Below the pieces are notes generated by a model, which did no database searches, was not told the origin of the DNA, and saw only the letters and a program-made list of their open reading frames with translations. Position numbers and translations under genes: made by a program. A stretch of 64,000 bases of DNA from a candidate division FCPU426 bacterium (GTDB taxonomy: Bacteria > Oederibacteriota > Muellerivitia > Muellerivitales > Muellerivitaceae): assembly GCA_963796105.1 (NCBI GenBank), contig CAWCKJ010000011.1, forward strand, positions 76,543 through 140,542. Reading direction: 5' to 3'. This document shows positions 57,929 to 64,000 of this stretch, piece by piece. Numbering within the stretch: position 1 is the stretch's first letter; each line of letters begins with the position of its first letter.

Positions 57929-58243
57929 GTGAAGACGCGACCCCTTTTTGTTACAGTAACAGAATCAACCAAAACAATGGATTTCAACCATTCAGATGAT
58001 TTCCACTCAGTAACAACCCGAGGAGTTACCCACAGCCTTACCCTTTATCAATCCAAGGCCATTGAAAATCTTTGGAATGCCCGAAAAAACCTAGTTCCCG
58101 AGCTTCACCAAGCCGCCATACTTGAAGGGATCGAGTCTTGTAGTAAACGCCTAAGGGATATATTCAAAAGCAATATGACCGCTTATAGGGCATTAATTCA
58201 GCCGGGGAAACGAAAAGGTACATTCCAGTTAAAGTTTTCCTGA
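57929..58243 (+). CDS. Hypothetical winged-helix-like protein or fragment
   Basis: FNHSDDFHSV...QSKAIENLW...SKRLRDIFK...KGTFQL suggests a wHTH domain; no clear RBS. Confidence 0.45.
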   Translation: MKTRPLFVTVTESTKTMDFNHSDDFHSVTTRGVTHSLTLYQSKAIENLWNARKNLVPELHQAAILEGIESCSKRLRDIFKSNMTAYRALIQPGKRKGTFQLKFS

Positions 58244-58337
58244 TTCTGAGAATTCAATCTCAGAATCCATTCTTAGAATGTTCAGAATGAAAACCCATAA
58301 CCCACTCTGAAACCCACCAAACCCATCGATCTTTTTT

Positions 58338-58733
58338 TTACCGCTTTACACCTATGATACGGTCATATTGGTCGGAGAAATAATTATAATTGAAATTTTT
58401 TGGGTTGAATTTTTCTTCAAGCACTTCTTCGCGGGATAATACCTTTATCCCTTCTCCATAAACTTTTATAAGATATTGATCTTCATAAGGCAAGGACAGC
58501 TTTTTACAATGCGGAATCCAAACTTTATGGAAAAAATTATGCGCAGCCTGGTCAGTCTGTCGTTCGGCCAACATTCTTTGTAGGATGTAATTTTCCCTGT
58601 TCACTTTTCCTTCACTTGCTAATGCATTCAACACATAAATCGGTCTCAAAGTCATTAAATTGAAAATTTCAAAGATTGTTTCATACCAAAGGACTGGCCC
58701 AGTTTTTGGTTCACCCCAAAAATATTCTTTATA
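58338..58733 (-). pseudogene. 3' half of a secreted-protein gene split by IS21 element 3
   Basis: YKEYFWGEPK... continues in frame from ...FCMYK of 61471-61966. Confidence 0.8.
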
Positions 58734-58961
58734 TGCGTATGGCGGTGAAAGAGGCCAGTCAAGACGGAACGAATCCGGCCACCTGTAACGGATGAAAGCG
58801 GCCACCTGCGGAGCGAAGCGACGAGGGTTATCCTCTTGATGTTGGAAGAAACATTTGATCCTTCCGTGTTGAAACTCAAATAGTTCAGGGGATGATAGTC
58901 CAATTTAACCTCGTTTGAAAAGGTTTGATTAAATCCTCCCTTCGTATAATCCTTTTTCCCA

Positions 58962-59702
58962 TTATTTTCGACCTGCCCTTCGGGTTTTCCGCATGGATTC
59001 TCCCTTCATGGTGATCTTGTGAGCGTTGTGCACCAAACGATCCAGGATGGCGTCGGAAAGAGTTGGGTTTCCCAAAGCGTCATGCCATTTCTCCACCGGA
59101 ATTTGGGCGGCTACTAGAGTGGACTTGCGGTCGTAGCGATCTTCCAGAATCTCAAATAAAGCCCGCCGTTGTTCATCTACCAATGGCATGGAAGCCCAAT
59201 CGTCCAAGATCAAAAGATCAAACTTGGCCAGGTAGGAAAGAAGTTTTAAATACTTTCCGTCCACCCGGGAGACAGCCAATTCCTCAAAGAGCCGGGGGAA
59301 TCTCAAGTAAAGAACCCGATGGCCTTCCCGGCAGGCCTTTTGCCCAAAGGCACAAGCTAGATAACTCTTGCCCGCCCCTGTGGGCCCCACAATCAGACAG
59401 TTATCGTGGTCTGAAATCCATCGGCACGAAGCCAGGGACATCACTTGGCCTTTGTCCAGCCCTCGGGGTTGCTTGAAGTCTAAATCTTCCACACAGGCGT
59501 TCAAGCGAAGCTTGGCCGTGCGGAGGCGGCTTTTGAGCTTTTTGTTCTCCCGTGTCGTCATCTCCCGGTCCACCAAAAGCCCAAGTCTTTCTTCGAAACT
59601 CAAGGATTTGCAGTTCTTGTTTTCTATCTGCTCCTTGTAAGCCGTAAGCATTCCTTCCAGGCGTAAGTCGGACAGCTTTTCCAACATCGGTTGAGCCAAC
59701 AT
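58962..59702 (-). CDS. istB: IS21 helper ATPase IstB
   Basis: GPTGAGKS, LLILDDW, DAILDRLVHNA. Confidence 0.95.
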   Translation of the reverse strand: MLAQPMLEKLSDLRLEGMLTAYKEQIENKNCKSLSFEERLGLLVDREMTTRENKKLKSRLRTAKLRLNACVEDLDFKQPRGLDKGQVMSLASCRWISDHDNCLIVGPTGAGKSYLACAFGQKACREGHRVLYLRFPRLFEELAVSRVDGKYLKLLSYLAKFDLLILDDWASMPLVDEQRRALFEILEDRYDRKSTLVAAQIPVEKWHDALGNPTLSDAILDRLVHNAHKITMKGESMRKTRRAGRK

Positions 59703-59712
59703 ATTTTCTCCT

Positions 59713-61269
59713 TTAGTTTTGAGTTTGGTAATACTCCGCGCCTCTCACAAACTCATGGGTGAGGGCGGGTAATACCGGCTGTTCGGACTCAAGGGGTTTT
59801 TGATCCAGTCCCAACTTGAGGATGGACTCGATGTTGTGATAACGGGGAGAAGGGATGCTCGAGGCCCTGCGGCAGGCTGCTTCCAGACGATCCTTGCCGT
59901 ATTTTTTGCCCAACCTCATAATGCCAAGACAAGACCTGTAACCCTGCTCAGGGTGGAAGTGAGAAGCCAATATCTTCTCCACCACGGCCCTTGTGGCTTC
60001 ACCCGACTCACCCGCCCATTGGGCCAACCTCACCGGTGTCCATTCGGCATACTGGCGGTGGCCTTGAGGCATATGCTCCAAAACCGTTGTGTGTCGGTGC
60101 TCAACGAAAGATCGTGCGTGACTGGCCACTCTTTTGCCTTGGTGGAAGATTTCCACCACACTAGAGGTAAGCCGGACATCCAGTTGTTGGCGCACCAGTT
60201 GGTAGGGCACGCTGTAATAATGCTTTTGGACTTCAACGTGGTAGTCAATGTTCACCCGAACCTTTTTCCATTCAGCGAATTCGTAGGGCTGTGAGGGTAG
60301 TGGCTTCAAAAGGGGTTTTTCCAGGGTTTCAAAGAGGGTTTGGCGGTTGGAAGAAAGCTTTTGGAAGGGCCGCTGGTTGTAGACCTGAAGGAGTTCCCAA
60401 ATGGCTTCATTGAGTTCTTGAAGGGAGAAGAAGGTACGGTTGCGCAAAGGAGCCAGGATGCGGCGCTCTACCCCTTGAACTCCCACCTCCACTTTTGCCT
60501 TGTCCCGAGGTTTGACTGGGCGGGCAGGGAGAACGGCGATGCCGTAATGCTCAGCCATTTCCTGATAGGTGCGGTTGAGGAAAGGTTCATACCGATGGGC
60601 GGTGGTAACTCCGGACTTCAAATTGTCCGGGATCAGCAGTTCGCAAACTCCACCCATGAACTCGAACGTTCTTACGTGTGAGGCGATCCAGTTGGGCAGT
60701 TCCTGGCTCCAAGTGGCTTCCACGTAGGTATAGTTGCTCGCTCCTAGCACGGCCACGAAGATCTGGGCTTCCCTCACTTCGCCGGTTTGACGATCCACTA
60801 CACCCATGGTCATTCCGGCGTAGTCCACGAACATCTTTTCACCGGCCTTGTGGGTCTGCCGCATCACCGGCTCCAACGTCTTCTCCCACTGTCGGTAATG
60901 CACGCGGAACTGTGTGTACTGGTAGCCTTGAGGGTTGGCCTGCTGGTATTCCTCCCACAAAAGCTGGAGGGTAACCCCTTTCTTTTTGAGTTCCTTGTGG
61001 AGGTATAGAAAATCAGGAAAGGGTCTTGAGGCGTTTTTTTCGAACTTTAAAGGGCCGGAGGGAAAAAAGAGTTTCTCCAACTGCACATCGTTCAATTCTG
61101 GTGGCAGGGGCCAAGTGAGTTGGGCTTGAGCCGCCTTCTTGAGGAACCCTTGGATGGTTGTCCGGCCAACCCCGATGGCCTGAGCCATCTGTCGTTCACT
61201 GAGGTTTTTCTCGAATCTCAACCGCAAAACTTCACGAATCTGGCGCATAGGTATCCTTGCTCTTGGCAT
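59713..61269 (-). CDS. istA: IS21 transposase IstA
   Basis: HKAGEKMFVDYAG, PDNLKSGV, DKAKVEVGV. Confidence 0.95.
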   Translation of the reverse strand: MPRARIPMRQIREVLRLRFEKNLSERQMAQAIGVGRTTIQGFLKKAAQAQLTWPLPPELNDVQLEKLFFPSGPLKFEKNASRPFPDFLYLHKELKKKGVTLQLLWEEYQQANPQGYQYTQFRVHYRQWEKTLEPVMRQTHKAGEKMFVDYAGMTMGVVDRQTGEVREAQIFVAVLGASNYTYVEATWSQELPNWIASHVRTFEFMGGVCELLIPDNLKSGVTTAHRYEPFLNRTYQEMAEHYGIAVLPARPVKPRDKAKVEVGVQGVERRILAPLRNRTFFSLQELNEAIWELLQVYNQRPFQKLSSNRQTLFETLEKPLLKPLPSQPYEFAEWKKVRVNIDYHVEVQKHYYSVPYQLVRQQLDVRLTSSVVEIFHQGKRVASHARSFVEHRHTTVLEHMPQGHRQYAEWTPVRLAQWAGESGEATRAVVEKILASHFHPEQGYRSCLGIMRLGKKYGKDRLEAACRRASSIPSPRYHNIESILKLGLDQKPLESEQPVLPALTHEFVRGAEYYQTQN

Positions 61270-61470
61270 GGTTCCTCCCGTTGATAGTGTCCAACGGGGA
61301 GTCACCGTACCATTTTGGTAAGGATTCCCTCTGTCGCTTGGTCCTAAAAGCTCCTCAATAAACTATCCGGCAAAGGTGGCCGGATTGGGCCGTCACAGGT
61401 GGCCGCTTTGCTCCGTTTTAGGTGGCCGGATTCAACCGTTTTGGGTGGCCGCTTTCGTCCGTTTTACGCA

Positions 61471-61966
61471 CTTTATACATGCAAAAATTATTTGTGACTT
61501 GAATTGAGGCTTTTTTTCCATACCAAGCGCCATAATACATTGAATCCCATAATGGCTTTGGATTCCTCGCATCCCACCAAATTCCACCTTCCACATATTC
61601 ACCGGCATACTGGCGAACCATCCAGGCCCACAAATCATCCCCTTTCCGAATATAGGGCACCATAGCCGGTCGGTCCCGAAGCATTCTTTCCAACTGACTT
61701 TCACCCCAAGCCAGTTGATTCGGTTTTAGATTATTTTTATTGTTAAAAATGTTCTTAGATTCAAGGGTCACCAAATCGCTTTGGCGAAATTCTGCCCAAA
61801 TAGTATTTGGTTCATAAATTACGATTGTTACCAAAAGAAAGCTAAACCAACAAAAAAATATGATTATTTTTTTTGCTTTCAATTTTAACAAAAAATTAAT
61901 TTTTGGCATTGTTATAAAAAATAGGGACAGAGCCAGAATTATTAAATCTTCTATTGATTTCATCAA
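61471..61966 (-). pseudogene. 5' half of a secreted/membrane-anchored protein gene split by IS21
   Basis: Hydrophobic N-terminus, GESQLERMLRDRPAM; the frame runs into the IS end at the TSD. Confidence 0.75.
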
Positions 61967-62933
61967 GAAATTTTAGAGCTATCTTATCTCCATCCGTAGC
62001 AGCTTTTTTAAACCAAAAAATGGCCATCTGATAATCTGTAGCTACACCCCAACCATTTCCATAAAGGATACCAATACGGCATTCAGCTTTAGGATCTCCT
62101 TTTCTAGCAGCTTTTTGATACCATTCCATTGCGATATTGTAGTTTTTATCGACTCCAATTCCTTTTTCGTAAAAGTAACCAATATCACATTCTGCTTTAC
62201 CATCATTATCCGTGGTGGCTTTAAGAAACCAATTCATGGCTTTTAAATTATTTAATTTTACGCCTTGTCCAAATTCGTAAAGAATTCCAACAGCTCTTTT
62301 CGCCGGGGCATACTCCTGTTTTGCAGCCTTTTGATACCAATACATAGCTTCATTGTAATCTTGGATTAAACCAGAACCATAATAATAGTCATCACCAATA
62401 AGTTTTTGTGCAACGGCATCACCATCGTTTGCTGCTTTTAATGTCCATTTCAAACCTAAATTTTGATCTTTGGAGACCCCGAAACCATTTTCATATAAAA
62501 ATCCAATATGCCTCTCGGCTGGGGAATTACCTTGGGAGGCTGATTTTAAAAATAAATTAAATGCTTCTTTGTAATTTTGGGTTTCGCCTAGACCTCTTTC
62601 ATAAATATAACCTAAACTATATTCGCCTATTACTTCTCCATGGTCAGCAGCTCTTAAAAAATACTTTTTAGCGCGTTTGTAATCTTGAGTTACACCCTTA
62701 CCAAAAAGATACAAGGTCCCAATACCGCATTCCCCCTTTAAATCGCCTTTTTTCATTGCCTTTATATACCAATTCATAGCTCCGCTATAATCACCAGAAT
62801 CGTAGGCTTTTTTACCTCTTTGGTATTCAACAGAACCAACGGCGGATTCGGCGCTAAGGGGCAATGGATAACCAACTGTAATCCCGATTACAAAAAGAAA
62901 AATCAAATTTCTCCAACTAAAAAACTTTTCCAT
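61896..62933 (-). CDS. Secreted Sel1-like repeat protein
   Basis: Signal peptide; repeated G..Y..G.GV..DY..A..WY.KAA..G units. Confidence 0.93.
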   Translation of the reverse strand: MEKFFSWRNLIFLFVIGITVGYPLPLSAESAVGSVEYQRGKKAYDSGDYSGAMNWYIKAMKKGDLKGECGIGTLYLFGKGVTQDYKRAKKYFLRAADHGEVIGEYSLGYIYERGLGETQNYKEAFNLFLKSASQGNSPAERHIGFLYENGFGVSKDQNLGLKWTLKAANDGDAVAQKLIGDDYYYGSGLIQDYNEAMYWYQKAAKQEYAPAKRAVGILYEFGQGVKLNNLKAMNWFLKATTDNDGKAECDIGYFYEKGIGVDKNYNIAMEWYQKAARKGDPKAECRIGILYGNGWGVATDYQMAIFWFKKAATDGDKIALKFLDEINRRFNNSGSVPIFYNNAKN

Positions 62934-62979
62934 TAATTTTTATCTTACAAATAAAAAATAAATAGTCTATTAATTTTAT

Positions 62980-64000
62980 TTAATAGGTACAACTCTCGGA
63001 TATTCTTTCACCTACCGGTGCTTTCTCTCTTTCTTTATCTTGTTGATTAGTTAACATTGGAAAATCTGCCAAAAGCTTCATAGCGTTTGCTAATGGATCA
63101 TCCGGTCTAGGCGTGTTGGGAAGGGTAATGTAAGGGCTATTAGGGTTAGGGACCCACAACGGTTGTTGGGGGAATTGGAATGGATCAAGTGGGTTGGCGG
63201 GCCCACTGGGTGGTGGCGACCATAATGTTAGTGGTGCTGGTGCAAGTAGATTTGCTGGTCCAGACGGAACCGCTGCTGGTAGATTTGGTCCTCCCCCACC
63301 TCCTCCCCCTCCACCTCCTCCCGTTGGCAATGTTGACGGTTGACCAACTGTTGGAAAAAGTACCGGAGCAGATGGTACTGTAGGATCAAGAGGATCAGTA
63401 GGACACAACCCCAATAAATCAATAAAGTTAATAGGATTATTCATCACCATTTCATACAAATTAAATCCAGCTCTTTCTCGCAATGGGTCTCTGTTCAACC
63501 ACCTTCCTTTGTCTGCGTCATAAGCCCTAAACCAGGTCAGGTCGAGATTAGCCGCCCTTTCCATGTAGAAACCCGTGTAACCGAAATCAGCATCTAGGTT
63601 TCCACTGATGAGTTTTTTCTGTCTCCCAAAGGGATCGTAATCATATTGGGCGGTTACCGCCCCACTTGCTGTTATCAGTTCACGCACACTCCCAAGATGG
63701 TCAAAGGTATAGTAAAAATTATTCGTACCAATTCTTTCGCCTAATGTGAAGAACTGTTTATTGACGATGCTTCCAGTACTATCCCTTTCTTGGCATAACT
63801 GTTCCCCACACCAAACAAATGTCTTGGCCGTTAAAACGCTAGTACCGTGATTTTCGGTGATGGAAACTCGCCTTCCAAAGCCGTCATAGGCCATCTGGAT
63901 ATTGTCGGCCACGGTCGGGGGTTGTGGGTTTAAATAGGTGATACTGATCAACCGGTTGGCCGCGTCCCACGCATAGCTCTTAGTGCCGTCATTTAATAGA
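62980..64000 (-). CDS. RHS/YD-repeat protein, C-terminal part (partial at right edge)
   Basis: Frame open to the window edge (SYAWDAANRL); YDGFGRR, DHLGSVR, YDPFG, RAYD...GRWLNRDP, NNPINFIDLLGL core end. Confidence 0.93.
   Translation of the reverse strand, partial: LLNDGTKSYAWDAANRLISITYLNPQPPTVADNIQMAYDGFGRRVSITENHGTSVLTAKTFVWCGEQLCQERDSTGSIVNKQFFTLGERIGTNNFYYTFDHLGSVRELITASGAVTAQYDYDPFGRQKKLISGNLDADFGYTGFYMERAANLDLTWFRAYDADKGRWLNRDPLRERAGFNLYEMVMNNPINFIDLLGLCPTDPLDPTVPSAPVLFPTVGQPSTLPTGGGGGGGGGGGPNLPAAVPSGPANLLAPAPLTLWSPPPSGPANPLDPFQFPQQPLWVPNPNSPYITLPNTPRPDDPLANAMKLLADFPMLTNQQDKEREKAPVGERISESCTY

Larger units (their letters stand above)
58734..61470 (-). mobile_element. IS21-family element 3
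   Basis: Ends TGCGTATGGCGG.../...CCGTTTTACGCA; subterminal GGTGGCCG repeats; 7-bp TSD CTTTATA (58727-58733, 61471-61477). Confidence 0.93.

Noticed and set aside
38564..61470. Composite transposon formed by the IS21 elements
   Set aside because: Each element has its own TSD and distinct ends, indicating independent insertions

Overview
Accessory-rich chromosomal window from a diderm bacterium (TonB/ExbBD, TonB-dependent receptor, PilZ proteins). It has six parts. (1) 0.7-20 kb is a thiol/persulfide-redox island: three WCGPC thioredoxins, CoA-disulfide reductase-rhodanese, two rhodaneses, TusA, DsrE-like, two ArsR regulators, DUF134/NifB-NifX genes, and an MvhD-like + two HdrA-like + QmoC-like electron-transfer cluster with no HdrB or AprAB in the window. 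It also holds a tandem SpeD-fold protein and an IS1595 that clips a methyltransferase. (2) 21.6-30.8 kb covers K+ uptake: a c-di-AMP (ydaO) riboswitch ahead of kimA, and kdpFABC with four extra small membrane ORFs and no kdpDE. (3) 31-33.7 kb is an AT-rich DUF6602 + ATPase-TIR pair, a candidate defence cassette. (4) 33.8-43.3 kb has PilZ and carbohydrate-esterase genes, a 21/42-bp tandem array with an IS21 at its edge, and a DCC-LMF fusion. (5) 43.3-52.9 kb is a Zrg-like metal-uptake operon (ABC transporter, three DUF3299, TonB receptor, ExbBD-TonB) with two CxxC/RAPP-type leader ORFs. (6) 53-64 kb has two hierarchical short-word tandem arrays, one split by an IS21, abutting a RAYT/Y1 transposase bounded by 27-bp inverted repeats; then a third IS21 splitting a secreted-protein gene downstream of a Sel1-repeat gene and a partial RHS gene. 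All family assignments are by motif recognition from the sequence; no database searches were run.
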